DNA of 64,000 nucleotides from Emiliania huxleyi CCMP1516 (lineage: Eukaryota): contig NW_005201984.1 of the NCBI RefSeq assembly GCF_000372725.1, forward strand, positions 124,001 through 188,000, read 5' to 3'. A program made the position numbers and the translations under genes. Position 1 is the stretch's first letter. Each line of letters begins with the position of its first letter. Positions 11,370 to 22,768 of the stretch are shown here, one piece after another. The notes beneath the pieces were generated by a model. That model was not told the origin of the DNA and did no database searches. It worked only from the letters and a program-made list of their open reading frames with translations.

Positions 11370-11696
11370 GCTAGCCGTCGCCCACCCTCTGGCGTCTACC
11401 ACTTCCTATCTCTCTCCGCAGTTTCTCACCAATTCTCGCAGCGACCTTCATGCCACCTCGCGTTCTTCCCACTCTCGTCGTTCTCTCTCCTGCTGTCTCT
11501 TCCCCCCTGACTCATCGCTCTCCTCGGCCTCGTTCTGAGACGCCGCTGCCGTCTGCCTTGCTCTCGCTGCTTCTCTCGCCTTTCTGCGTAACTCCGCTCT
11601 CCTCTCCGCGTATTTTGGTCCCTCGAGTTGGCAGCCTCACACCCATGGCGGAGACCAAAGGAGGCTTTTTTGGACGCCGTTACCACAGGATCCAAA

Positions 11697-14600
11697 ATGG
11701 CAGAACGTTGGGAGCACTGCGCCCGTCGCGGTGCGAGGCCATTGGTGCTACTCGCCTTCTTATCGCTCGCGAGCCCTGCATGCGGAGATAGCGCATCACC
11801 GCCATCCCAACCTCTTACAACTTGCAATGGGCTGCTATTCGTGACAAACGGCACAAGACGCAACGGCAGCCTCGTCGACGGCAATGCTGGTGAATGGTGT
11901 TGGAACACAATCAGCTCTGCTTCCAGCGACGGCTTTGTCCTGGGGGACCAGCTTGCATGCGATTCAGCTTTCGTTGAGCCAAGCAATAGCTCGATCGACC
12001 TCGCCACGCTCGTGATTGGTGATTGCTCTTCCGGCTGTACTCAGTGTGCCTACGTGACTGAAGATGGAGGTTCGTCGTACAAGTGCAAGGGGGTGAGCAC
12101 GACCTTCGGCTGTCCTCCACCGGCGCCACCTCCGCAGTCGCCGCCATTGCTTCCTCCGTTTCCCCCCACCGTGCCGCCTCTCCTTCCGCCAGCTCCGCCA
12201 CTGTTCCCTCCGCAGTCGCCGCCAGAGCTCCCTCATCCCCCGGCAGCACCCCCAAGGATGCCACCCTTCGGGCCGCCGTCGACACCACCTCCGGCGCAGC
12301 CGTTGCCCCCTTCATCGCCTTTGCCCAACCAACCGCCGCTGCTGCCTCCTAGCATGCCACCCCCGCTCTGTTTGGCTGAACCTGCTCTGCCGCCTCCGCT
12401 CGTGCCACCGCCACCGCCGGCGCTTCCGCCGGTGATGCCGCCGCCAACGACGCCACCATCGATGTTGCCGCCCCCCTCTGAGCCGCCACCGCTGGATCTT
12501 CCACCGCCACAAGCACCGCCACCGCACAGGCCGCCACCTCCGCCGCAATATCCACCGCCGCCGGCCTCGCCACCACTCGCACCTTCCGCACCAAGCACCC
12601 CTCCGCCGCCAGCTCTGCCTCCACCGCAGCTGTCGTCGCCACTATCGCCACCGCCTCCCTCCTTACCGCCGGCACTGCCTGCTGATGCGCCGCGGCTACC
12701 GCCCTCACCCTCGCTTCCTCCGCCGCCTCCAGCCCGTCCGCCTCCTCTCCCTCCTCCTGCTCCACCGCCGCCGCTAGCGCTGCCACCTCCGCTCTCGCCA
12801 CCTCCCTCCTCACCGCCGCAGTCACCGCCGCCATCAATACCGCCCCCGCCTCCAATGACGCCGCCGTTTCAGCCTCCACCCACGCTTCCGCCTGTCATCC
12901 CAGCAGACATGCCGCGGCCGCCGCCGCCGCAACCGTTATCTCCTCCAATCCCTCCACTTTCGCCGCCGACGTCACCTCCGCCTGGCTCTCCAGCGCCCCG
13001 GTCGCCGCCGACGCATCCTCCGACGCATCCTCCTCCACCTACCTCGCCGCCTCTACTCCCACCCGTGTCGCCGCCCCCGCCGCCGCACCATCCCCCGGCC
13101 TTACCTCCGCCGTCAGCGCCACCAGTGCTTCCCCCGCTGTTGGGGCCGGGCCTCAGACGTGTCGAAGTCGCCTTTTCCACTGCATGTGAGGCCCTGCCGC
13201 CGCTCCACTCTCTCGTGGACCAAATATGTAGCGCCCTCAATGCAACGTCGGGAGCTCTGAGTCCATGCGGCCTCTCGGAGTCGAGCGTTGAGCTTCCCCT
13301 CGTCAAGACTGCCAGCAGCACCACTCTGCTCCTGATGCAAGTCGACGCTCAGACGCGTGCCCGACTGATCACGCTGTTCCACGCTCTGCATAGTAGCCCC
13401 CAGCCTCCGTCAACAACGGATTTCCCTCTATTGGCCCTCTTGGTGCCGGCTCATTTGTACGTCGCTGACGCCGCCAGCCGGGAGCTGCTCCTCCAGCCCT
13501 CCGCGCCGCCTCCCCCAGCTGCGCCTGTGACCGACTACTATGGAACATTGCAGATCGTCTACAACCTCCCAGATGGTCATACCCTCGAGGATGGCACCAG
13601 TAATATCACTGGCGCTGTCAGGAGCTCCCTGAACCTTGAGTCAGAGGAGCTCCTGCCGATGGAGCAGTGTCTCTGGGACGTATCCGCTGGGGGATGCATC
13701 GGGCGCCGCGTGCGTCGGCTGCAGCACGCAACCTCGAATCGGTCGGCCATGGTACGCCTCGGCTTTGTGCTACTCCCAGACCTCTCTGAGGCCCTGCAGA
13801 ACCAGCGCCTTGCCATTACCACCCTCCTTTTGTCGCAAGAGGCCCTGCTTGTCCCGCTCGACTACTCGTATCGATATGACAGCGTCGTGCTGCAATCGCT
13901 CAGCGCGACTTCTGGCGTGACCGGGACGCTCTATCCCCAGCTCAGCGACGCGCCGCCCGGCTTACCCCAACCACCATCGCCACCACCATCTCCCTCGCCG
14001 CATCCGCCGCCATCCCCATCACCACCAAGTCCACCAGCTCCTCCGCCGCCGCCTCCGTCGCCCCCGTCGCCCCCGTCGCCGCCCCCGTCGCCCCCGTCGC
14101 CCCCGTCGCCGCCAATCCCGCCGCCGGCACCGCCATCGTTGCCTCCGTTCCCGCCAGCCACTCCGGACGACCGACGCGGCATTGCAACGTGGCTCTTGGT
14201 ACTGCTGGTCGTCATCTTTTCCTGTGCCGGAGTAGCGGCGCTGGTCTTCACGGTGCTCGTGTGCACCAGAGGCAGGCCTGGCAGGAGGGACAGCGGCAAG
14301 GTTGAGCCGGGCGTGCGAGTGGCCGAGCCACCTAGGGACGGCGAGGAAGAGGGAGAGGGAGGGGCGCCTGCCGGCACTGCGGATCGGCGCGAGCGGAGGC
14401 GGCAGCGGAGAGGGCTACAGGTGGCGGATTCTCCGCCCGAGGGGGATGCCGGGGCGGTTGTCGAGTCGCCGGACGGCGCCGGCTCGGGAGCTGGCACCTC
14501 AGTGAGCTATGTGCCGGCCAAGGATGCTGCGAACGTGGCCGCCGCCGCTCTGCCCGGTAGCCGCATTACAGCAGGGCCAACAGGCCGGGCACAGGTCACG

Positions 14601-15113
14601 CTGCCCCCTCTCCGTGGAGCGCCGCCCACCGCCGAGGCGCGCCCCCCTCCTCGCTTTGTCGACCTGCCGCCCCCTGGCGACGCGCAGCTTGCGAGTGCCG
14701 CGGGCACAGCGGGGCAGCCCGTCACAAGCACAGCGGGGGGGACGCTAGCGTCGCAGGCGCCGTGGATAGAGGGGAGCTCCGCCACGCCCTCGCGCCCGAC
14801 GCTCCCACCGCTAGCCGACGCGACGAGCTCGCCGCCGGCGCTACATCGAACGCCTCCTCAGCCTGCGGGGGAAGCTTCGCCGGGCGCGAGGGCGGCGCGG
14901 CGTCGGGCGGCTCGGGAGCAGGCATCAGCGGCGCTCACGAACGCTCTCGATGGCGAGCCCGCCCAAGGCGTGGCGGCCGGCCCCGCGCCTGAGGCGCTTG
15001 CAAAGGCGGCTGTCCCTGTGCCTGCCCCTGTGCCTGCCCCTTCTAGCCCGACTGCCGACTCGGTACGTGCGCGAAGAGCAGCGCGGGCGCAAGCCGCCGC
15101 GGCGCTGCCATGA
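11697..15113 (+). CDS. Large proline-rich (extensin-like) type-I membrane protein
   Basis: Single 1138-codon exon from ATG 11697. Order of parts: signal-like LVLLAFLSLASPACG, Cys-rich N-domain, long (S/A)PPP tracts, a globular insert, TM helix IATWLLVLLVVIFSCAGVAALVFTVLVC, low-complexity tail. Confidence 0.8.
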   Translation: MAERWEHCARRGARPLVLLAFLSLASPACGDSASPPSQPLTTCNGLLFVTNGTRRNGSLVDGNAGEWCWNTISSASSDGFVLGDQLACDSAFVEPSNSSIDLATLVIGDCSSGCTQCAYVTEDGGSSYKCKGVSTTFGCPPPAPPPQSPPLLPPFPPTVPPLLPPAPPLFPPQSPPELPHPPAAPPRMPPFGPPSTPPPAQPLPPSSPLPNQPPLLPPSMPPPLCLAEPALPPPLVPPPPPALPPVMPPPTTPPSMLPPPSEPPPLDLPPPQAPPPHRPPPPPQYPPPPASPPLAPSAPSTPPPPALPPPQLSSPLSPPPPSLPPALPADAPRLPPSPSLPPPPPARPPPLPPPAPPPPLALPPPLSPPPSSPPQSPPPSIPPPPPMTPPFQPPPTLPPVIPADMPRPPPPQPLSPPIPPLSPPTSPPPGSPAPRSPPTHPPTHPPPPTSPPLLPPVSPPPPPHHPPALPPPSAPPVLPPLLGPGLRRVEVAFSTACEALPPLHSLVDQICSALNATSGALSPCGLSESSVELPLVKTASSTTLLLMQVDAQTRARLITLFHALHSSPQPPSTTDFPLLALLVPAHLYVADAASRELLLQPSAPPPPAAPVTDYYGTLQIVYNLPDGHTLEDGTSNITGAVRSSLNLESEELLPMEQCLWDVSAGGCIGRRVRRLQHATSNRSAMVRLGFVLLPDLSEALQNQRLAITTLLLSQEALLVPLDYSYRYDSVVLQSLSATSGVTGTLYPQLSDAPPGLPQPPSPPPSPSPHPPPSPSPPSPPAPPPPPPSPPSPPSPPPSPPSPPSPPIPPPAPPSLPPFPPATPDDRRGIATWLLVLLVVIFSCAGVAALVFTVLVCTRGRPGRRDSGKVEPGVRVAEPPRDGEEEGEGGAPAGTADRRERRRQRRGLQVADSPPEGDAGAVVESPDGAGSGAGTSVSYVPAKDAANVAAAALPGSRITAGPTGRAQVTLPPLRGAPPTAEARPPPRFVDLPPPGDAQLASAAGTAGQPVTSTAGGTLASQAPWIEGSSATPSRPTLPPLADATSSPPALHRTPPQPAGEASPGARAARRRAAREQASAALTNALDGEPAQGVAAGPAPEALAKAAVPVPAPVPAPSSPTADSVRARRAARAQAAAALP

Positions 15114-15767
15114 GGCGCACGAGGAACGATCTATTTGGGGGCTCATCGCGACATCGTCGCCCTTGTGCTTGTGCCACAAGCCTTGTCACGCTTTCACAGC
15201 GCTCTTCACGCAAACTTCGTCAACACGCATCCCCGCGAACACAACAGGCCCAGAGTCAGTCATGTGTCATCCCCCATCGCCGTACGCCATTCAGCCTGTT
15301 GTGCTTCTCGGTCCGCCCCGCGCTCTCCGCGCTCACCCCCCCGGTGCGCGGTTGTGGGTGAAGCGTGCGGTGAAACTGTGAAAAATCTGCACACCGCAAT
15401 AATCCCAATCGTCTCGCGGAGAGAGTCATGCACGGATGCAGAACGCGGAGCCGTACGCACAAGGGTTACACACTCTCGAGATTCTCGTCTGGTCAGGTCG
15501 TGCGCGCGGCGGTGTGATTATTTTTCGCGGTACGAAAAACTCGCAATGGAATGAATGACTTTCCCGCGTCCCGACACCGTCTGCTCCAATGCTCCATGAC
15601 GTGCCAAGGGGTACTGCGGGCTCCCAGCTCTGTGTACGTGTGTATATACTGTGAGTCAAAGTATCTCTCATTCATGCATGGAGTGGTGCGTGAGTGGCCA
15701 CTCGTCTCTCTGAGTTCAGAGGCGGTCGCCCGCCGCACAAAGCGTGCTGCCCCGCGCCCGACCGGGC

Positions 15768-16635
15768 TCAGAGGAGCCCCGCCGCCGCCTCGCCCGCCTT
15801 GGAGGCGCCGTTCTTGAAGAAGTCGAAGACAGTGGTGAGGCACTTCTTTGCCGCCTTGTAGGCGACGACCGCGCCGACGACCATGAAGCCGAGCGCCGCC
15901 AGCCTTGCATACTTCAGGTTGCAGTCGGTCCAAAAGTGCAGGAAGGCGGGCTTGCCGTCCTGCAGGGTCCACGTCTGCGGCGCAAAGGACCACATCTGCC
16001 CCTCGTCCTGTTACGGCGCGGGGAGGAGAGGCGAGGGTGAGGCACGGTCGCGCCTGGCCGCTGGGGCGGGGGGGCGCGCCTGGGTGACCGCGTTGAGCAT
16101 CACGTTGACGTAGTCGGCCAGCGCCCAGAAGCCGAGGCCTCCGAGCGTGAATGCCTTGATGCCGGCGGTGATTGGCTGCCCCATGTACAGACGGTCGCCT
16201 CCGATGATGCCGAGGCCGGTCCCCTCGATGCAGACGAGCGCGAGCTTGCTGTACCCTCCCTGCTGGCGGATAGTCTCGTTGAAGATGTCGACAGGGAACG
16301 GGTCAGTGCAGGTCTCGTTGGTCGCGTTGCCCAGCATCGGCTGAATCAGCGAGGCGAACTCCTCCTGGATCTCGGCGCCGCCGCCACCGGGCACCTGGCG
16401 ACAAGGTCGGAGTTGAGAGCAGGGTCAGAGTCAACTCGTCCAGTCGCCGCGCGTTCAGGCGTGGTGGGCGGCGGGCCGCGAGCACCTGAGTATGCGCCGC
16501 CGACTCGGCCATTCCTGCCTCCGGAACCGCAGCCTGAAGCGCGGCCTTCGTCAGATCCGAGTTGATGTCAGCGGGAGCTCCGGCGGCGAGGGCAAGACAC
16601 AGGCAGGTGCCGATCCGAGTGAGCGGCGACGACAT
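15768..16635 (-). CDS. TM2-domain membrane protein (3 exons)
   Basis: YSKLALVCIEGTGLGIIGGDRLYMGQPITAGIKAFTLGGLGFWALADY is the TM2 signature. A signal peptide and a further TM segment are present. Confidence 0.8.
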
Positions 16636-16858
16636 CGTGGCGATCAGGGAGGCGGCAAAGAGCAGCAAGGGTGTGATGGAGCGGCAAGGGCCTCGTCAAG
16701 CCGAGAGAAACCCCGGGCAGGCGCCGCGAATTTCTTCTTTCTTTTGGGTGCTAGAACTTGCATTGTTCCTACCAAAAGAAATCCCGCTGGCCGGCGAAGC
16801 AGCGTCGGGAAAATCGCACAGGGCGACAGACTGGCAAGACAAGTCAACGTCGGTGTAT
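16636..16858. promoter_or_regulatory. Probable bidirectional promoter between TM2 gene and ALG6
   Basis: Only 223 bp separate the two divergent ATGs, with an AT-rich core TTTCTTCTTTCTTTT. Confidence 0.5.
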
Positions 16859-18869
16859 ATGCGGTCGACTGCCACGACGACCACCATCGTGGCGGCCGTG
16901 CTGCTGCGCGCGTGCGTGTCGCTGCACGGCTACTCGGGCGAGGGCGTGCCGCCCATGTACGGCGACTTTGAGGCGCAGCGCCACTGGATGGAGGTGACCG
17001 TCAACCTTCCGGCCGAGAGGTGGTACGTGCACGGCCCGGACAACGACCTGCAGTACTGGGGCCTCGACTACCCGCCGCTGAGCGCGCACTTCAGCTGGGC
17101 GGTCGGCCGGCTCGCCCAGGCGTGGCACCCGCAGCTCGTCGCGCTGCACGCTTCGCGCGGCCACGAGAGCGCCGAGACGCGCGCCTTCATGCGCCGCTCC
17201 GTGCTGGTGGCCGACCTGCTCGTGTTTGTGCCCGCCGCGCTCGCTTTTGCGCGCCTGCCGGCGGCGGCGGGCGGCGGCGGCGGCGCGCCCACCCGCACGC
17301 TCGCTCTGCTCCTGCTGAGCCCTCCTCTCGTGCTGGTCGACCACGGCCACTTTCAGTACAACTGCGTGTCGCTGGGGCTGGCGCTGTGGGCGCTGGTGGC
17401 GGCGCTGTCGGGGCGGCCCCTCGCCTGCTGCGTCGCCTTTTCGCTCTCGCTCAACTTCAAGCAGATGGGCCTCTACCTCGCGCCGGCCGTCTTTTGCTAC
17501 CTGCTCGCCGGCGTGCTGCGCACGCGCGGCGTCGGCCTCGCCGCGAGCCGCTTCTGCGCGCTGGGCGCCGTCACGTCGCTCACCTTCGCCGCGTGCTGGG
17601 CGCCCTTCTTGGCGAGCGCGACGCCGTACGACTCGACGCTCGCCGTGCTGCGCCGCGTCTTTCCGACCTCGCGCTCGCTGTACGAGGACAAGGCTGCCCG
17701 CCCTAGACACTTCCTAGACACTTCCTAGACACTTCCTAGCTCGCTGTACGAAGACAAGGCTGCCCGCCCTAGACACTTCCTAGACACTTCCTAGACACTT
17801 CCTAGCTCGCTGTACGAGGACAAGGCTGCCCGCCCCTGTATATGTACAACATATGCGCTGCTGCTGCCGGAGGGCACGCCGCGGGACTCGTCCGTGACGC
17901 GTCCGTGACGCCTCCCCGCCAAGGTTGCCAACGTGTGGTGCACGATGGCGCTGCTGCCTCCCCTCAAGCTCAAGGCAGGCCCGCCCGGCCGCACCCGCTC
18001 TCCACGCCCCCCGCCTGCGGACGGCACGCTCCTCACACCTGCAGGCCAAGCTCGCGCTCGAGGCGCTGCTGCGGCTCTCGCTCGGATGCACGCTCGCCGC
18101 ACTCCTCCCGCCCTGCGCGCTGCTGCTGCGCGCGCCCTCGCGCCGCGCTTTCCTGCTCTGCGCGACGGCGTGCGGCCTCGCCTTCTTCCTCCTCTCCTTC
18201 CAGGCGCCGCCGAGATGCGGCCGAGATGCGGCCGAGATGCGGCCGAGGTGCTGCCGAGATGCGGCTGAGGTGCTGCCGAGATGCGGCCGGGGGGTTGCCG
18301 AGATGCGGCCGAGGTGCTGCCGGGGTGAGGCTTTCCGTTGAAGAGACGGATCCGGCAGCTCGAGCTGCACACCTCACTCCCGGCGGCGCCGCCCCCAGGT
18401 GCACGAGAAGCACCTGCTGCTGCCGCTGCTGCCCGCCGCTCTTCTCTCCACGGAGCACCCGCGCGCGTACGCCTGGTTCGCGCTGCTCGCCGCCTTCTCC
18501 ATGTTTCCGCTCCTGGCGCGCGACGGGCTCCGGCTCGCCTACTCCGTCTGCCAGCTCGCCTTTGGCGCGCTCGCCGCCGCCCTCACGCCGCCGATGGAGG
18601 TGGGCGGCAGCGCGACGGCGGGCGGCCTTCTCCTCGCCGCCTCCCTCGCCGGGATGGTCGCGCTCCACGTCGCCGAGGCGGCCTTGCCGCCGCCGCGCCG
18701 CTACCCCGACCTGCACGCCGTCGCCTTCTCCGCGTACGCGTGCTGCCACCTCGTCGGCGCCTACGCCGCCTGCCTGCACGCGCTGTGGCGCACGACCGCC
18801 ACCGCGCCGCCGCACACGCCGCTCGACGGCGGCGGCACGACCGTCCGGGAGAGGCGAAAGGCGGAGTGA
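16859..18869 (+). CDS. ALG6: Dolichyl-P-Glc:Man9GlcNAc2-PP-dolichol alpha-1,3-glucosyltransferase (4 exons)
   Basis: Motifs PPMYGDFEAQRHWMEVT, YWGLDYPPLSA, DHGHFQYN, NFKQMGLY, LYEDK|VANVWC and FQ|VHEKHLLLPLLP. All three introns read GC-AG. Confidence 0.95.
17674..17835 (+). repeat. 66-bp tandem repeat made of ALG6 exon end + GC donor + (TAGACACTTCC)3
   Basis: Units start at 17674, 17740 and 17806. Confidence 0.9.
18207..18325 (+). repeat. Intronic 11-bp tandem repeat (GCCGAGATGCG)n
   Basis: About 10 degenerate units in ALG6 intron 3. Confidence 0.9.
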
Positions 18870-20232
18870 TCGACCTTTTCAATTAACGCCGAAAAACTTT
18901 CTCTCCTCTCGCTGACACAACAGTACACAGAGTTGCCAACTCCCAACTGACAGTTCAGGTAAAAACAGTTGTGGGCAGCGCCCCCCGCCCCCGTTTTTCG
19001 GCGAGAGTGGCGGCGAATCACCAGGCGGTCGTTTTTCTTGCTTTCCCGCCTTTCGGCCGATCCTCCACCCTTGAAGCGCCCCCCCCGCAGGCCCAGCCAC
19101 GATGAGAAACCAGCGACGGGTCAGGTTGCGTTCGTTTGTCACTCGCCATGCGCGTCCTTGGCTGACCCTCCAAAACTCCCTCCCCGCCGTTCGCGGCTCG
19201 GCTTGCGTATGCGGATGGGAGCTTCGAGGACATGCAGGCGTCCCACCCCCTCCGGCCATCCCCCCGGCTCCCAAGCGCGCGGCCGCGACGCGCTGCGCAC
19301 CCTCTTCCGCGCTGGACCCGCTCTCGGCATGGCCGTCGTCCGCCGAGATCACCTTCTCTTCGCGCCGCAGGTGCACAACCAAGGGCTGGCCACCTCCGTA
19401 TCCATCATGGTGAAGCCAATGGGCCAAAAAGGGAGAGCGCTCCCCTCCCAGGTGGCCGGAGGGTACACCTCGGGTCGGCGTGCTGGGGGGGGCGCCGGTG
19501 CGCAAGCCCACTTTCCGGGCGACCCCGAGGGGGAGGAGGCCGGGCGAGTGGCAGCAACTCACTGTTAGTGTCCCGGGCCGCTGCGGCGCCGTTTATACGG
19601 CCCCTCGTGATGTCTTTCCGATTTTGCATTGTGAGTCGTCCTCTGGCCAGCCGAGGGGCACCAGAACGGCATGTGTACTGGTGCTGGCTGCGGGTGCGGA
19701 ATGGGCTTTTTTTAACTCGCAACCAACTATACTATACAAGGACACCCTCGGGGGGGACACTCGGCGCATGTGCGTCACGTCAGGGTGGAGTTGGCCGTGG
19801 CCGAGCGTCGTCTCCCAATCGACTCGCAGCGCGGAGTCGAGGGGTGAAGCGCGTCGCGCTGCGACACTCGAGAGCCGGCGGGATAGCCGTGGGGCGCGGC
19901 CGACTTTGATGTCCTCGAAGGTCCGGTGCTCATTCGTCCTCTGAGACCCACGCGGACAGGAAAGGGGCGAGAACGCGGCCATTCTCCATTGACAATCTAA
20001 CGCAACCTTGAGCTAGCCCGTTCCACACAGTGGCGGGCGGGCGTAGTGTCGTTTCTTGCTTTCGGCCGATCCTCGCAGGCCGAGAAGGCGACCCGACAAA
20101 AATAAGTCAAATCTCCTGGAGGGATGTATGTATGTAGGAAGGTAAAAGAAAGAAAGAAAGAAAACAGACAACCCAAGGGAGGGAGGGGAGGTGAAGAACA
20201 GCGGGATTTGAGGATTTCAATTTGGCTTTTCA

Positions 20233-20234
<2 letters not shown>

Positions 20235-20270
<36 letters not shown>

Positions 20271-20497
20271 CGGTGAAGCGGCGGGGAGTGAGTGAGTGAG
20301 TATTCTTGATACGAAACCACGACGACACCTGAGGGAGGGTGTAGAGGATGGTAGAGTGTAGAGCGCTGTAGAGCTGTAGAGATGTAGAGCGCTGTAGAGC
20401 TGTAGAGCTCTACATCCGCCGCGTGACGAACTGCGAGCGTTGTAGAGCGATGTAGAGGCGCTCTACAACGTGAAATCTCTACAACAAACTCTACATC
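20235..20497. repeat. (GT)n microsatellite followed by a TGTAGAG/CTCTACA repeat array (probable subterminal array of a DNA element)
   Basis: GT run at 20235-20268. More than 10 TGTAGAG units in both orientations at 20339-20497. Confidence 0.75.
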
Positions 20498-21529
20498 ATA
20501 AGCGGCGAACGAGGCACGGTCGCTCTCCGACATGAGGCGCGTTGCACTTGCCAGTGCTGCCCTGGCCTTCTGTCTGCCCGCCCAATGGGTGGCAGGTGCC
20601 TCTGCTGCTGTGGCATGCCTCACGGCTGCGACTGGCCGGCGCCCCGGCGCGTCAGCTCGGCTCTGCGTAGCGATCGTGGCCAGCGCAACTCGCCTGGACT
20701 CAACGCTCAGCCAGGAGCTCCCGCACGCGCTGGCGCGAGTCATGGCGCATGCAACGCGCAGCAATGCTCGCCTCGCTTCGCGCAAATGCGACCGTCCTCG
20801 CAGCCGACAGTCCACCGCCTGCTAAAGAAGCACTGCGACGAATGCGGCACCGGCGACGCATGGCAGGCTGGTCATGACGCAGTTGTAGGGTGTTGTGTGT
20901 CGTCAGGAGTGACTCTCTGTGTGTCAGGGATAGTCTTTCAAAACCGCGCAAAGATACTGTCCAAGCCTAAAGTCTGGGCAGGTTACTCAGGACACGATCC
21001 CGGCGTGAACACAACTAACTGACGGATCCGCTCCTGACAGTGGCATGCACCGCGCCGCGGCGCGTGCCACTGTCTTTGTTTGAAGTAAAAGTCGAATCAG
21101 AGCGCCGTCGGCGTTGTCCTGAGTTTTCTCCCCTGGACCGCCCGTCCGGCACCGCTCCGGGACGCACGCCGGCGAAGCACCATCAAGCTGCTGTACGGCC
21201 CCGGCATCGCCTCCCCTGGCTTAGCTAGACTGAGAGATATTGTGCACAAGATTGGTCTCTACAATATATACACTGACACTCCCCCTCCCAGAGCTCGTCC
21301 CGGTCCGCCACGGCCATCCTCGGCCTCCGGAGGGCCCCCGGCCGCGGCGCGGTGCGGCGGCGTCACAAATCCGACGGCAGAGCACCGGGACGCGGTCGGG
21401 CGATCTAAGGCCCAGAGAGGCGTATGCATTGCCCATCCAGGGCTATCACCTGGACCTATCAACAGGCGCCTGCGGCGCCGTGGTCAGGAGCTGCTGTTCA
21501 CGCCGGTCCACACTTTCATCGCGCCTGCG

Positions 21530-22660
21530 TGACCCCTAGCTAGGGGGGGGTGCGCGGTCGCAGGGCCATAACACGTCTCCGAGGGATAGTTCTGCGCTCC
21601 GGGTTTCCCCTAGCTGCGGAACGCACCCTCTTCCTCGACCGTGGCGGGGTGCGCGTTCGCAGGGACAGAGGGTTGGCTCTGCGCTCCGGGGTTCCCCCAG
21701 CGGCGGAATTTTTCCCTCGCGCTGTGGGTCCCCCTAGCTGCGGAACGCCCCCTCTACTCGGAGCCCACTCGCGCTCAGTTTCTTCTTTCTGCCGTATTCG
21801 AGTAACCCCTGGATGGGTCGCTCGCGCGACCTCTCCTGGATGCGCAAGGGGCCCATTGGGGTCACGCGGAGGGACGAGGGAGGCGCTGTTAGCGGCGGAG
21901 GAGGCGAAGGCGGCCGCGCGGGCGGCGGAGAAGGCGGCGCGGGCGGCGGAGGGGGGGAAGGGCGGCGGCCGCGGGCGGCAGTCCCGGGAGGCACGCCGGC
22001 GGAAGGGCTCGTCTTCGCGGGGCGGGGTGCGCACTGCGCGCCGCGAGGATGAGGAGCCTGAGCCAGGGGAGGGTTGGGAAGGGGGGGCGAAGCCGGAGGA
22101 GTATGACGGCCTCTTCGACGGGGCCGTTGTCTGCTGTGCCTTTTGTAAGGGGCCGTTGTCTGCTGTGCCTTTTGTGGTGTCGGGTGCAAATGTAGCACTT
22201 GGCGTGTGGAATCTGCCCCGCGGTGGGGGGTGCCTGGCTGCTGAGGCCGATCTTGGCCTCCCCCCCAGCGCTGAAGCTGGTGATGAAGGCGATGCTCTTG
22301 GTGGAGTTCTTCGCCAGGATGAGGATGTCACCGGTCTCGAGGTTCGTATGGAAATCGCTCGGGTCCACGTTGGCTAGCTCGCCGGCGGCGCGCGCGGCGT
22401 CCTGGGGCGTCGCGCCCGCGATGGTTGGCAGCTGGTAGACCATGTCGCTTTGAGAACTGAAAGGTAGGCGCCTGTCTGAGCAGGAGCCGACGCTAGTCGA
22501 GAGCGGTGTGAGAGCCTCGTGGCGCTCGGAGGTCCCGCCGCCTACAAAACGGCGGTCAGCAGAAGGCGCGGGGTAAGGGTTCCCGCCCGCTAGGCTGCCC
22601 TCTGCGCCGAGGCTCGACCCGCTTCTCCTCAGTTCACTAGACAAACTGAAGTTTGTGTAT
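21530..22660 (-). mobile_element. Decayed mobile element with an ORF1-like reading frame (ATG 22443) and a structured terminal module
   Basis: 21530-21765 is the reverse complement of 40226-40371. The ORF MVYQLPTIAG..KCYICTRHH is broken by a 31-bp tandem duplication near 22120-22175. No homology was recognised. Confidence 0.45.
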
Positions 22661-22768
22661 CATTTCTTCAGTCTTCGGCATCGGCCGGGCAAGGCGCGGC
22701 TGCGCGGTTTTCCAAAGAGCTAACTCGCCGCACCCTTCGCGCATTTGACCACTGTCCCGCCGCCGGAA

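Noticed and set aside
17674..17835. CRISPR-like array
   Set aside because: The spacers are identical simple repeats, the repeat is exon sequence, the context is eukaryotic and no cas genes are present.
18969..20125. 199-aa ORF and possible element with repeated TTTCTTGCTTT..CGGCCGATCCTC
   Set aside because: No recognisable protein family, and I could not define termini or a TSD.
20328..21292. Complete TIR element from CTGAGGGAGGG to CCCCCTCCCAG
   Set aside because: The ends are only loosely complementary and no TSD is present. Reported only as a repeat array.
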